Below, piece by piece: positions 1-13,900 of a stretch of DNA of 64,000 nt. The DNA comes from Lama guanicoe (lineage: Eukaryota): positions 2,745,846-2,809,845 of the forward strand of contig MU056737.1 in assembly GCA_013239625.1 (NCBI GenBank), read 5' to 3'. Position 1 is the first letter of the stretch; each line of letters opens with the position of its first letter. The position numbers were made by a program, and so were the translations under genes. The notes under the pieces are model-generated. The model saw only the letters and a program-made list of their open reading frames with translations, searched no databases and was not told the origin of the DNA.

Positions 1-1833
1 CCCAGGAGGTCTGGCTCTGCCCTCCTCGGTTTCACGTCCTCCCAGGTGGAAATATGTTAAATGCAACGTGTCGCTGTGACCTCTCACACCCCTGGACAGG
101 AACGTCTGCCTCCAACAGGCCCCCGTCCAAAACGGGAGAAGCTCAGGTCCATCCCCCAGACCCTTCAGTGTCCGTCCAGCAGGGACCAGACACAACTCAT
201 GGCATAATGGCAGATAAGAAGTGTTACGTGTGCAGCAGGGGCTGGGCCCAGACCCGAGTTATTTTTAAGAAGCAAAGCTACGTATGTGTCTCATGACTGC
301 AAACCTCAGGCGGCTGGTCACACCCGTGGTTGTCAGCGTGGCTCCACGCCGCCAGGCGGGGAAACGGCGGCAAGGCGGGAGCCACAGAGAAGCCGCTTAA
401 AGCCACCCCTCAGAGCTGCCTCCACAAGAGGCTGAGGTGGAAAACGGGCTGGAAGCACGCCAGCCCAGCGCCCTGGGGCCTGTGCGCCTGCGGAGCAGAC
501 GGTGTGAACAGAAACAGCCGCGTTTCAGAAAATCTCAGAAACCGAGAAGGCTGAGAAGCAGTAAAGATGGATCGTGCCCAGGACCCGCCACCCGTGTCCT
601 CAGTGAGTTCGCGGAGGCCGTGACACCGGGCTCCAGGGCTGCTGTCCCCGCCACGCGGAGCTGATGGCCGGGGTCAGAGGCCTTCCCGCCGTGTGTACCG
701 CGTGCCCTTGACGTCAGTGAAATTAACAAGAACTTTGAGTAGCAAGTAGGTTTGAGAAGTGGGGGACACTGATTTCCTCTCCTGGTTAGTGGGGTTCAGA
801 GCGCCTTGTCGCTTAGGCCTCTTGGCTGACGGTGGTTACTCCGTGTCCCGGGTCTCCTTCCAGCCTGCGGGGCTGCCCAGCGGCGGCAGGGGCTCTTGTC
901 AGGCCCCGAGGTCACTGCTCTGAAGGCTGGATCTCATCACAGACAGCGGGCGGGCGGGGCCGCATCCCCGGGCCTCTGGAACGGCCTTGGGAGTCCCCTG
1001 AGGGTGCAATTTTTGCGCAGTTATTTTCTTGGCATTTCGTTCTTCCTCTTAAATGTACTTTTTCCCCCTAAAAATCCCATTTTTGGAGGGCTCTGGGTGG
1101 TTGAATTAGTTACCAGAAGCCCCAGTGCTCCCGCGGCTGCGTATAGGGTGGCGCAGAACACTGGATTTTCAGGTTTGGGTAACAGCAGGTGTGTGACATC
1201 CAGGCTGCCAGACCAAGTCCACCGGACACCCAGAGCCATGAACCAGGCTTCCTCACTTGCTCGAGATCGTCCCTGAGTTCTTGACTTGACAGAAACGAGA
1301 AGGAGCACAGGGGCTTCCTCAGCTTGGCCCAGGGCGGGGTGGGGGTGGTCACAGCGTCTAACCCGCTCTGCGCGCCCTTCATCCAAGCCCGTCCTGGCTC
1401 TGGCTCTGGTGAGACCTCCTCGCTGCTTCCAGTAACGTGGGGTTGTGCGTCTGCCTGGACTGTGGTGTGAGAGCCATGTCAGCAGCCAGTGTGGCCCAAC
1501 ATGATGGACAAAAGCCGGGGGCACCACACGGGGGCAGGCGGGATGGCTGGGTGCTGGCCGGGCGCACCTGCCCACAGCTCCAGGGGCAGCTCCAAGAGAG
1601 CCGCCCCCTCGCCAGCTCATCTGAGCACAGGCCAGGTGCTGGCCAGGCGCACCTGCCCACAGGCTATGGCCGGGCTGCTCGTGGACTTCACCCCCAGCAC
1701 ACTTTCCTGAGAACCCCGTTTCCGGACACCCCCGCCAGGCACCAGCGTTGGCCCCGGTGTCCTGGGCTGGGCTGGGCTCTCCTGGTCCCCATGGGTCCCG
1801 CGTCCCCGCTCACTGTGGGTTTCGTGCTTTCAG

Positions 1834-1957
1834 GGAGTACTACATCACCATGGTGAAGTGGGCCACCAGCACCAAGGTCGCCGTGAACTGGCTGAGCCGG
1901 GCGCAGAACGTATCCATCCTCACCCTCTGCGACGCCACCACGGGCGTCTGCACCAAG
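1834..1957 (+). CDS. DPP6: DPP6 exon (~human exon 11), 124 nt: (R)[41 protein letters not shown]
   Basis: Acceptor tgctttcag|G, donor AAG|gtacgg; beta-propeller sequence with an NVS sequon. Confidence 0.97.
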
Positions 1958-4900
1958 GTACGGGGAGGGGTGGCAGGAGCATCCGCAGGCACCAAGGTCG
2001 TCTCTGAGCTGCACACACGCACATACACACACTCATGCTCACACACACTCCCCTCCAGGCTGGTCCAGGCCCAGCCTGCCACCAGGTCTCTGTTTTGGTG
2101 CCACCTTGTGGGTGAGTTGGAAACTGCCGCAGACTCAGGGCTCCTGCACTTGCCCCCCCCCACCCCAGTTCACAGGTGTGTCACTCCCGTTTCTCCTCGC
2201 CTGCCCGCTGCTGTGTCACACAGGAGCCTCTCCTCACTTTCTAGCTGACACTTGGAGAAGGGAAGGGACTGGCCTGAGGCCCCGGACCCGGCACTGCAGC
2301 CTGGCCTGCCCGTTCCAGCGGCTCTGCCAGGGCGGTCGGCACCGTGTCTGACAGGCACCGGTGCGGCCGGCACGTCCCCAGGGCTGCGGGCTGACTTACG
2401 GGGCAGTCAGAGGACGTGACGGAAAGGGCGAGAAGGGAGAATGAGAAGCTGAAGAGAGGCCTGGCGACCCTGAGAAGCAAGGGAGTGACCCGCCGCAGCC
2501 TCGGCCCCGCGGCGGGCTGCCCCTCGGCCGGGGGCTGCGTCCTCCACACCCCGAGTCCCAAGGGCAGGTCCCCTCGTGTTGGGTAAAGAAATATCAACTC
2601 AGATCAGTGGAAAAAGTCAGGCTGGTCTTTCTGAAGCCCTATTCTGTCCCCAAGTTTTTAGTTTCCCACTGGAGTAGGAAAAAGGCTTACAAAGCAGCCG
2701 TGCTGTGGCTGGGAGGGGTGAGTCGAGGCCAGCGCGCTGTCACCGCGGCCCGTGTCCTCACGCAAGCCAGGGAGGTACTTCACCTTCCTGTACAGCTGAG
2801 AGCAGGTTCCAGGCTATTCTGCCGGGCTTGCTTGAGGGGAGGGAAGGAGGGGGTGGGCGCTCAGCCAGGCAGCCGGGGTTGCTCGGGACCCACGTCTCCT
2901 CGCATCTGTGCCCTGGTCTTGTGAGCGTGAGCAGTGACACCCGTCCTGCCCGTAGTCCGTGGAGAAGAGAACAGACCCGCGCCACAAGCAGGGCCACGGC
3001 GCCACGAGGGGACATCGTGTGGCCGAGTAGGTGCTCTGTGTGGTCTGGTTTGCTCTTCACTGTGCGTCTTCCCACACTTCCCTGAGGTGTACTTTTCACA
3101 CACGTTTTAAGTCCTTTTAACGTCTTGGTCCACCAGGATTGCTGGTCCACCAGAGCTGTGAACTAGAATTTCACACACACACACATTGTTCTAGGATTCC
3201 CTAGAACAATGCAGCACCTGAGGTTTGCCTTTAAATGGACAAGGGCCTGGTCATCGGTGACCATCTAATGGCTGAAGGACACCACCTTCCAGAGGGTTCT
3301 CACCCACCGTGGGCTCGTCCTCATTGCCGGGAGAGTCACATTTTTCTAGTTTGGGGACACGTGGGTTCAGCTCCGAGCAGGTCGGCCCCTCCTCGAGCGG
3401 CCGGGCACGTCTGTGCCGGCGCAGCCGCCGTGCAGGGAATCAGATCTTCCCCGCTGCTCGTCACAGACACAATACGGGGGGAAAATCCTTTCTCTAACGC
3501 TCTTCTTTCATTTCAGAAACACGAGGATGAAAGCGAGGCCTGGCTCCACAGACAGGTAACTGTTCTCTGCGCGACTCCCACATTCTCCTCCTGCACCAGC
3601 CACCAGGCCTCCTGGTGTTCACAACATGCCCCATGCGACAGGCACCCCCAAGTAGATGCACACCAGGCGTGGCTGTGACAGGTGGCGTGGCCACTCAGCC
3701 CCACCTCACCCACACCTCGTGGCCCCTGGAGGAGCCTGGCCTCTGCCAAGTGGGGCTTGAAAATCCCTGCTCTTGGGAACACGCGATGTTTTTTGAGATC
3801 TCAGCGCTCAGGTCGGCGAGATCCTTTTGGCGAATTGAAAGGGTGAGTCCAAAGAAGTTGCCTGGATTTAACCTACTTTGGTAAAAGAAAAGGATGAAGT
3901 GGCAGACGTTCCTGCTTTTCTCAGCGTGGTTTCATGGTTGTCTCCTTGGAGATGGACTCTGCTGTGGCTCAGCTTGAGTCTTCCAGGGACCTGACTTCAG
4001 AGCCTTCCCACCCCCAGCTCGGACAAGAGATGCACGCCAAACAGGCTTCAGAAACTGGAGGATGGAGGAGACGGGCACAGGCCTCCAGCAAAAAAATTAC
4101 CCATCCACCAAAAATAAGACCCTCAGCACTGGTATTTCTGCCGTCAGTCTGTTTTTCTCACTGCACACCCTGAGGGCAGAAAGCACAGGTGGAAACTTTT
4201 GGAAGCGCACTTCCTTTGCATCCCACCTAATGGGATGCAGATTGTCTGCAAGTCCTGTGGGAAAACCCTGATCGGATCTGAGTCTCAGAACGACGCTGGG
4301 GAGGGTGCAGGCGTCTCCTTTATCGACAGGATAGATTCCACGAATGGCCGAGCTAAGGCTGGGCAATGCAGCCATCGGCAGCGGCCCCCCGGGAACATTC
4401 CAGCAGCTGTGTGCGCTTCAGCTCTCCGTGGAACGAGCAGCTAGCGCAGCCTCGTCGGCTGTGTCGGGGCGGCGGCCTAGTGAACGGACCTACTGCTTCC
4501 AAATACACCTTTCCCTGCACTGCGCCGGCCTGAGACGGGGAGGGACGGCCGCCTGGGGCCACGTGTCTTCCCTCATCCAAGCGTGGGTGCCAAGCTCATG
4601 CTAAGAAACAGCAGGAGTGAGAGGGTGCCTGGCATCTGGAAGCACCGAGCGGGGCCTGTGCCTGAGTCACGCTGAGGAGTTCGTGTCACCCGGGCCCGGG
4701 ATGGGAACACAGCTGCAGAAGGAACGTCGTGACCTTCCTCTCATCATCAGACAGAACGCCGGAGAGACTGAAACGAAAGAATCAGAAAAAACAGCCATTT
4801 TCTCCAGAGGCATCTGTTCAGCTGACACGGTGGATCGTTCCAGGCGCCGTGCCGGTGGATTTCCCAAACACGAACCCACCGCCTCCGCTGAGCACACGTC

Positions 4901-7900
4901 ACAGCTTGTCAGCAGCTTCAAGGCTGAACAGGGCTCCCGAGTGTGGACGGCGTGTGTTCATCCGTGGGTGACCTTGGGTCACTCCTCACCAGCTCCGCAG
5001 ACCGGCCGCAGGACACCGCCACGGGCACGTCGCCCACGTGAGAAGCCCGGCCGGGTGCAGGGTGGACAGCCTGCGTTTGGGAAGCCAGATCTTTCCAAGC
5101 AAAATCAAGTCAGCACTAAAAAGTAGCATAAAGTAAAAGTATAATTCTTACACTTTGAAAATGTAACCTTTAAAGCGCTCACTAGGCAACAGCTGACGTT
5201 TTCACAACAGCCGCTGACAGACTTTTCACGCTGCCTCAAGTCCCAGATGTGACATCTGGAAGAGGAGCCGTGTCCTCGAGGGCGGTGCTTTCCCTGCCCA
5301 GGTCCGGCCAGCGATGCCCCCCGCCAGGCAGGCGTGGCCCCAGCCAGAGCCGCACGGAGTCCACCCCTCTGCGCACCACTCAGCTCGTCTCTGCCTGTCC
5401 CTGCAGGGGCCGTGGGCAGTAGGAAATCCAATTGCAAACAGTTCCTCATGACATTCTTTTGAAGAGGCTTTTCATAAAGGGATCTGTGGGCCCTATTTTT
5501 CAGTAATAATTGGTATTGTTTCCACCTCCTCCAAGACACCACGAGGTCCTGGAGAGTGAGTTGGGAATTTATTTAAGGCCACTCGCTACCTGGCTCCGGA
5601 GAAGCGGCTGACAGCTTCATGAGGCTCGTCCACCAACGAGGGGTCACGGAGGCTCACGCCAGCCGCCCAGGGCAGAGTCGTCGGAGCAGCAGCCTAGAGT
5701 GTGGAAAGTTCTGCCACCCTCAGGGAGACCCAGTCCGCAAAGACCTTTGGGTCTGCTGACCACTTGTGGGCAGGGGAACAGCGTGGGCGAGGGCAATCCA
5801 GGGGCCGTCGTCTGAGCCTCCACCACCCCCGTCTTTCCCGAGGCCTCAGCGTGGATCCCCTCAAAAGATTCGCCTTGAGCCAACGTGAAGAGGGTTCCTG
5901 CATGTGAAGACCCACCAAGTTCCCTCTCCTCTAGGAACGTTCCGGAGAAATAGGCTCCCCCCCACACACACACACCATCACTGCTGTGTGAGCTTCGAAG
6001 TCGTCCTGAGCAGACCCGCAAGGAGCCCTGCGGGCCCTTGGCCAGGAGGGGCAGGACCCAGGACCTGCCTTCGTGTTTGAAGAGTCATCCCTCAGGTCAA
6101 TTTCTGACACTCCTTCTTTGACCAAAATTTTGTTTTTGTGATTTCGAAATTCAGGCAGGGAGACTGGGCAACATGAATGTACCTGAGCTGTGGGAAAAAT
6201 TGGCAGAAAGGCTACCAATCGCTCACGAAGAAACTCTCACCAATAAAAACGGACTCATTCTTCACAGATCTGCTCTGATGGAGGTGGAAGCCAGGCATCA
6301 CGTGTGATAAATGCCCTGGTCCCCAGGAGATCAGAAATGTTTCCCCTCAAATCCAGGAGAGTCAGAACCAGGATTAAAATCCAGCTTTCTTAGTCAAAAG
6401 TCACTGCACTTCTTTGCTAAAAATACACTGACTGCACGAAAAACCAAATCTCAGAGAGGTTCAAAGGCTGGTCCCTCACACCTGCCTTGGGCTGTTCCCA
6501 GGATCACTGTAAAGACGGCATTGCAATGCCTGAGGCCTTCTCGATGTAAAAATAATGCTTCTGGCTAGAATTAATTATTCATTACATTTATTCAGAGTAT
6601 TTTTCTCTGCCCAAAGCGCAAACATTTCCCCAGAAAACTGAGGCAATACTGTGGTATCCATCCTGCGGTTAGCAAATAAAAATCCATTTAAAAAGCCAGG
6701 TTTACTGCTGGTTTTTCCATTTCCTCTGTTTTTAAATACCATGCTTCCAACTCTAAATAGAGAGATAAATATTTGCAGGTTAAAGGTTCCATTTTCCTGC
6801 AAACATTCACGAAGATTAGGTGTCACTTTGCTCGCATGTTGGTATGTTTCTCTGGGCATAGCGCGTTTGTGTGTACTCACCCCCTGCAGGGGGATGGGCT
6901 CTCCTTGTGCCGCCGGGTTTATTTAGCATTTGTTCCCACCCGCGTTCGCGTGGAGCTCCTTGAGTCAGAAAATGCAGATCTCAGCCAACTAACTGGTGTT
7001 CATGGATGGAAACGTTCAAGCTGAAGCTTCGGAGAGGCTGAGATGCCACCGAAGCAAAATCCCTTTTTTGTCCATCAAGGCGACAGGCAGCCCGCAGGGG
7101 GCTGGCTGGGGGCCGAGCAGCGGCTTCTCAGCTTCTGGGGGCCGGGCGAGATGGCAACACGCTCAGGGGCCGACTGTGAACCCAGCCTGGAGTTCTCTCC
7201 CCCAGGGAAGACTGGGGGTGCCGGTGTCGTTTCCCGGGGAAACTGACCTTACATCCAAGCCCGCCTGCACCTCGGGTGCCCATGTGGTAACCCCGCGGTA
7301 AGCCCCGCGCGGCCCCAGGAGGGCAGTGAGCTGCCACCCACGTCTCAGAACGTGCGGGGCCCGCCCTTGTCGGCTGGAGCTTTTTTCTTTCCTCTTGTCT
7401 CCTCGGTGGGCTGTGAGGTGGATTTTATTAAGTAGAAGAACAAAAGACAGGACTGGAAGAATGGAACTCTTTCTTAGGACGGGTTTGGGGGTGTCCGGCA
7501 TTCTGTTCTTTATGGGAGAGAACACACGGCCCTGGATTCAAGCGGCCGCGGTGAAGCGGGAGCCCTGCCCCGCCCTGTCCTGTCCGCCTGCCTCTGCTTA
7601 GACTGTTGCCTCTGAATTCCTCATTTTCTCGTAGAAAACTGGGGTTTGACTCGGGATTCCCAAGGAGAGGGAAGGCCCCATGCAGCGTTCACCCTCTCAG
7701 CCACATCTCTCGCTGGAAATGACACAAAGTGTATCTCAGAATGTGTTTTAGCCCGGCCCGACATCCTCAAAACCGAATGAAGCATCTTATAGACTCACTC
7801 ATTTGCTTTCGTCCACAGAACGAAGAGCCCGTGTTCTCCAAGGACGGCCGGAAGTTCTTCTTCGTCCGAGCCATCCCGCAGGGCGGTCAGGGGAAGTTTT

Positions 7901-10900
7901 ACCACATCACCGTGTCCTCGTCCCAGGTGCGTCCCGCTAGTTCCCAGCTCTGCTCTGCTGCCCTGGTGACGGTCCCCAGTGGCCAGGCACTGGGTGCACT
8001 TGCCATCTCTGAGGTCCCCAAAGTGAAGCCAGCACTGAAACTAGGAGTAGGGGCTGTACAGGGCACTCGTGAGACAGCTGTCCTGACCGGGGCTCAAAAA
8101 CACGAGTGATGCTTCTGATAACTTCGGAGGGGACTCAGGGCCACTGCTGGGTCTGAGCCCCAGGACGGAGGTAGACAACTTTGCCCGTCCTGTCCTGTCG
8201 GCCTTTCCTTTGTCTGCTGGGTGCTCGGGGCCCGGCCTGGGGCACTCACGGCTCCTCATGGTCCGCTCCAGGGCATCCCACCTGCACAGTTAGCCAGCCA
8301 GACGCAGCGCCCTGCTCTTTGCTGCAGCCATGGGTGGGCCCTTCTGGCGGGATGAGGGCAGGGAGTGTTGAGCTGCACACCTGGGAATTAGAGAAAGCAC
8401 ACAGCCCGGGGAACGCGCCTCCTGCAGAGCAAGCGCTCCGGGCAGCCTGCGCACCTCCCCGCCGGGTGGTCCCGGGGGCTGTGCCTCCAGGGAGCCCTGC
8501 CCTTGGGTGGAAGGTGGAGGGGCCCTGGCCCTCCCGTCAGCACCATCCTCGTCCTCGGTGTGGGTTCCACGTCGAAGCAGTCAAAGGCTATATGGGATCA
8601 GGGCATGTGAATACAATTTTATTTTTAAAAAGTTATCAAAAATATTCTGTGAATATTAAGTAGAAGATTCATATTCAAAATATGACCCACAAGACAATTT
8701 CAAAAGGAAAATTCCCAGAATGGCCCACATAGAACGGCTTTGATGGAGCAGGAACAGAAACTCGGCCCTGGTTCAGTCAGTGACTGGGGTCACCAGGACA
8801 TAGAGGCTCAGATGCGGATATTTCAGCTTTCAGTGCACTGAGCCACGTGACTTGGAGAACGTTTGCAGACCGGCTGCCATTGGTCCCCGTTCTGCAGCTG
8901 GCACGCTGGCCCCAGATTTCTGTGTTCTCTTATTTGGGATCATGTCAATCAGAATTTAAAATGTTTAGATGTTTTCATTCGGCCCATCTCAGACGCATCC
9001 ACGTGCCCGGCGTTTGCTGAGTGCCCCTTAGACACCCAGCGGGAAGCAGGCCCCACCCACCTGGAGGCCCCCCTCCCCAGGAGCCCCTCTGACCCCCACT
9101 GCCCTCCAGGATCCCCCATGCACCCAGCTTATCCCGCCTGGTCCCAGCCCGGCTCCCCACAGGCCCTCCCTTCTCCTGAGTCCCCCGATTCTGGGGTCAC
9201 CCCCCACAGCGTGTGTCTCAGGCCCTTTGCCTGATTGGACACCATCCATCTCGCACCTGCTCCTGCCAAAGACGGTGGGCTTTCCTCCTCCTGTTACGAC
9301 TTATTGTCGTAGTTGCTCTACTCCGGGAGGCATGTAGGGAGACACAGTGTGTGCAGACGTGCAGCACTCAGTAAAGTGTTTCCAGACCTCCTTGCGAATA
9401 ACGGCAGAGTGGCCGAGAGCCCAGGTGTGCACCCAGCCCCCTCCCTCCCCCTTCCTTCCTTCACTCTCTCTATTCCTGTTTCATCCACTCCCCTGCAGTC
9501 CTCTCCTCCCTCCCTCCCTGCCCCCTACAGTAACGACCACTGATTAGACTTACAGATTGTAAAGGAGCCATCTCAGCGGTGTGCCAGGCGCTGACTTCTG
9601 GGACCCAGGGCTCCAAGTGGGAGTCTCTGGGGGTCGAGGTGCTGGTGGGCCCAGCAGACTCTCTGGGCGCAGAGGAGGGGGCTGCAGCCTGGGGGTGGTC
9701 AGATGGAGGCCGGCTCGGAGGACAGGACCAGGCGGGGCGGGGGGTGGGGGCAGGTGCCCACCCTCTCCCCCACACTGGATACCGGAGGCCCCGGGGCTGA
9801 GCAGCCAGGCTGGGGTCCAGTCCTCCCTCTCCGCGTCCTGTGTGTGTTCCAGCCCAACAGCAGCAATGACAACATCCAGTCCATCACGTCCGGGGACTGG
9901 GACGTGACCAGGATTCTGTCCTACGATGAGACGCGGAATAAGATGTGAGTGAGCCCGCCCTGTCCCGGGCGGCCGCTGAGTGGCCCCACCTCCTGTGCTC
10001 GCAGGGCAAGCCCAGGGCCTCGCCTTCCCTCAGCCTAGGTCATGTCGTCCCGGTTCCTCCATGAAAACCTGCGTTAGGTTCCTGCCCGCCAGCCCCACAT
10101 CCAGAGCCGCAGGTCCTAATGGCCACGTGGGGCCACGCGGACCCCCGGGCCTTTACAGGTCCCCGCGGGAGCTTCGTGGTGAGCACTGCCTCGTTCACAG
10201 CGGCTCCCTGATCCAGGGTCATGACTTCCCCACTTCAGAGGCAAATAAGCCAAGACAGACCAACAGTTAAGTGTTCGGTCAGTAACAGGAGGCTCTGGGA
10301 TTCAACTCAGGCGGTGGGAGTCCAGGCAGGGCGCTGTTCAGCCCCGGTCACGGACCAGAGCCAGGGCTCCGCACACAGGGTCCGGGGTGGGGGTCAGCCC
10401 ACCCGAGTTGTGGAATCAGGCTGTGTGTCTGGACCTGTAGCAAGAGTTCTCGGGTCCTCACCCTCCAGAAGGTTAATCCTATACAGAAACCCAGGCCTCC
10501 AAGCCCAATTGTACACACCCCACCCCACAGCAGAGCCCTGCCAGCGACGCGGGCTCACCTGGGGCCAGGGGAGGTCTGCAGCAGCACGTCCCTCGGCCCG
10601 TGAGTGTGTGGCCATCCCCAGCCCGGCCCGCCCACGTGGAGCTGGCCCCGGGGAGGGGGCGTTGCTCACTGTGGGCCCGGGAACAGCGCACGTCCCTGGG
10701 AAGGTCAGTGTGTAAAATGAAGACCTGCCCTGAAGCCACCTGACTGCCGTGCACCTGCTGGTCTCTGCAGCTACTTCCTCAGCACGGAGGACCTGCCGAG
10801 GAGGCGCCAGCTCTACAGGTACGCCCGACGGCCTCCCGCGCAACGGCCTCCCGTGGAGGGCTCGGCGCTGCAGCCGCCCTGCGGCAGTACTGGGGCAGGG

Positions 10901-13900
10901 GGCGGGGGGCGCAGGGAAAACCCCCACCTCGACGGGTGTCTCCGCGGCCTGGAGGGAGAGACCAGACGTGCTGAGGCCACCGCGTCTAAGGCTGTATTGT
11001 ATTTTTCCGCTTTTGTCAAATTGAGTTCTCCCCGTCGCTTGCTTTCTTCTCATGGTAGCAGGTGGGGCTCTAACAGGCTTCCACCTTCAGTCAGGCTGAC
11101 GTGGGGGGTTACGCCCAGCGGGGTTTTTCTCAGAGGGGAGTCGAGTTCGGGCACATGCCGATGGGCTGGGGTGCAGGCCGGCCTGAACCCAGGCTGACGT
11201 GATGTGGGACGTTGGTCAGATTCCCAAATCTCGAGGTGGCAGAGGGGTGACCTCTGCGTCATGGAGAAGGACTAGGCACGTCCAGGGTCTGTCCCTCCTC
11301 AGCACCAGTGCTGTCGCCTGTCCCGTCTCCCCAGTCGCTCTGCTCGTGAGAGAAGGTTTGGGGTCTGCAGTGCGCTGCTCCCCGGGAGCTTCCTGCTGGT
11401 GGGCCGGCTGGACCAGGGGCGGCCTATTACCTCCGATGCCTTCTGGTCTGGAAGGAGGTGGCGGCTGGTTACTGCACACACGCACATGGGCCACCTGAGA
11501 GGCCTCCGTTCTGCGTGGGCCTCGCGGTCTGGGCTGGGCCCACGCCCGGTGTCCCCTCCCCCCACTGCTGGGAGGTGGGCGGAGGCCTGTCAGGTGCACA
11601 ACTGCCCCCCACCCCCCGCTGGTCCCTGTGCTGAGTCAGGAGAAGCCCAGCAAATCCACGTGGTCATAGCTTTGCTTCTCCCTGTGGGCTGTCCGTCACT
11701 GCTCGTCCACCAGGATGACCCCATCAGTCCCATCACCACGTTAGTAGGAGACCGAGGCAGACCACGCTGACGCATACTCTGAGGGGGCCAAGCTCTCCCC
11801 CCGGAACGTCTTCACTCTTGTGGGCAGTTTTCACGTTAGAATTCTTCCCATGCCAAGTGCTCGGACAAGGGCTGCTTCCAGGTTTGCTGAAAGACGCCTG
11901 GGTCTCTCTTAACTTTCAGAAACACACGTTAGGCCTCCTTAACGTGAAGTCGTGGTTGCTCAGAGTGGCCCGGGTGGCAGCTTCAAGTAGGCCCCTCCTG
12001 CTCTTGGCCACTGAGTGAGAATCTCCTCTCACCACGACTCTGGCTTTGGAAGCTGCCGGAGCCCAGCTCAGCTGGTGTTTTCCTGCCTGTCCTCCCCTGG
12101 CAGCCAGCCCTCGGAGAGGGCTCAGAGGCCCAGACACACAGCTACTGTCCCCAGAGTGCTAACTGCTGGCTCAGGTCCTAGAAAGTGCTAGAAGTAATGC
12201 CGCACACACTCTCTCCCCCACCAGGCCCAGGCCGGGGCCGGAACACCTCCCGTGAAGCGGGTGCTCGGGGCTCCTGCCCGTGGGGGGACTGGGGCTCAGG
12301 ACGGCTCAGGGGAGGGGACAACAGAGCCAGGCGCTCCCGGTGGTCCGCAGGGAGACGGGGGAGCCCGGGGGAAGGGCGCCCCAGGACAGCTCTGCAGGGG
12401 AGCAGCCAGTGGCTGGAAACACGGAGCTGGGAGACACGGGTCTGGCCACGGTGACCGTCCCCCCGTCCCTGCAGTGCCAACACCGTGGGCAACTTCAACC
12501 GGCAGTGCCTCTCCTGCGACCTGGTGGACAACTGCACCTACTTCAACGCCGCCTTCAGCCCCGGCGCCGACTTCTTCCTGCTCACGTGCGAAGGTGAGTG
12601 CTGGCCGGGCCTCAGCCTCTCCTTGGGCCGCCGCTGCCGGGCCCGACGGCCCGCGCTGCTAGGGAGGTGCTGTCGGGGGAGGGCCGCTGCCGAGGGGCGC
12701 TGGCGGGGGCACCCCCACCCAGGGCAGGTGAGGGGTCAGCTCCCGGGAGCTGCGTCTGCTGTGTGGCGCGTTACTGGTACTTTACGTCTTATAAAGGTGT
12801 ACAGCTTCCTGTGGGCCAGGCCACTTAATCCCGGTGTTTGCCTCCATTTTCCTTTTAAAACAATGCACCTTACACGGTGATGAACTTAGGCCGTCTCTAA
12901 AGGTAAGAAAACAATGTCAAGGATCCTTAAGCATATTAAAGAATTGAGGTTGTATAAAAGAAGACTCGGGGAAAAATTATTTTCCCATGGCCCCATTCAT
13001 GGATAATTTATCCCAAACTTCAGAACGTCCTGGACCACGCCATGGGCGTATACCTAACAGTAGGCCACGCCCCGTAATGGACACAAGGAGATGTCGTTGC
13101 ATCTTGTCATATCTTGAAAAGATAAGGCGGGAACCCTCGGAAAGGTAAAAATAATAAATATGGTTGTAACGAAATATGTCTCAAAGAAGGGCATGATCTA
13201 CTGAGATCACCTCAAGGAATGAAACCACGCTGCAGGCGGAGACGGACAGACACCAGGAGCAGTTCAGTCCTCCGAGTCTCGGGCGAGGAGCAAGCCCATC
13301 GGAGCTGCGTCTCTGGTAACCACTCAGGAGCTCCGGACCCCATCCTGCTCTCACCAGCGATGTCAGCTAGAATCCTGAACAGTGGCAGGACGGGAAGGCA
13401 CAGCCCGCTCGGCCCCACGCTCAGTCCCGGACACTCCTGTAACGGGTTGGGGGCGGGCATGTGCTGGGGGCCGGCGGCGTCTGACATGCAGCGTTAGCCC
13501 CACCCCCTCGGACACAGCTTTTCTTACCAGACTCCTCTTCTGCCGGTGAGACCCGCTGCCCCCCGGGGACCTTCTTGAAGTGACAGCTTGGGAAGATGCA
13601 GAGATTTCTGGGGCCCAGAGACCGGGGAAACGTGGCCAGAGACCTGTAGGAGCCCAGAGACCACAGTCTGACAGGAGCTGCGTAATCAGAGGTTTGAAGT
13701 CCAACTTCCAGAAGGAGGAAGTGGCTTTAAAACATGCAAGGTCGTGATAAGCAACAGAAGGGAAAATCGAAGAATGGCTGACTGGGAGCACGGACGTGGG
13801 CGCCCCTCAGAAGGTCTGTCAAAGAAGGCAGACGTCAAGTTCCAGAAGTGGGTTTAAACATGAGGCAGAGAGTGAGCAGGGGCTTCGAGGCCACACTGTC

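Noticed and set aside
1550-1662. 28-bp direct repeat (1550-1577 / 1635-1662); also an 18-bp tandem duplication at 55541-55581
   Set aside because: Ordinary local duplications with no element structure between them.
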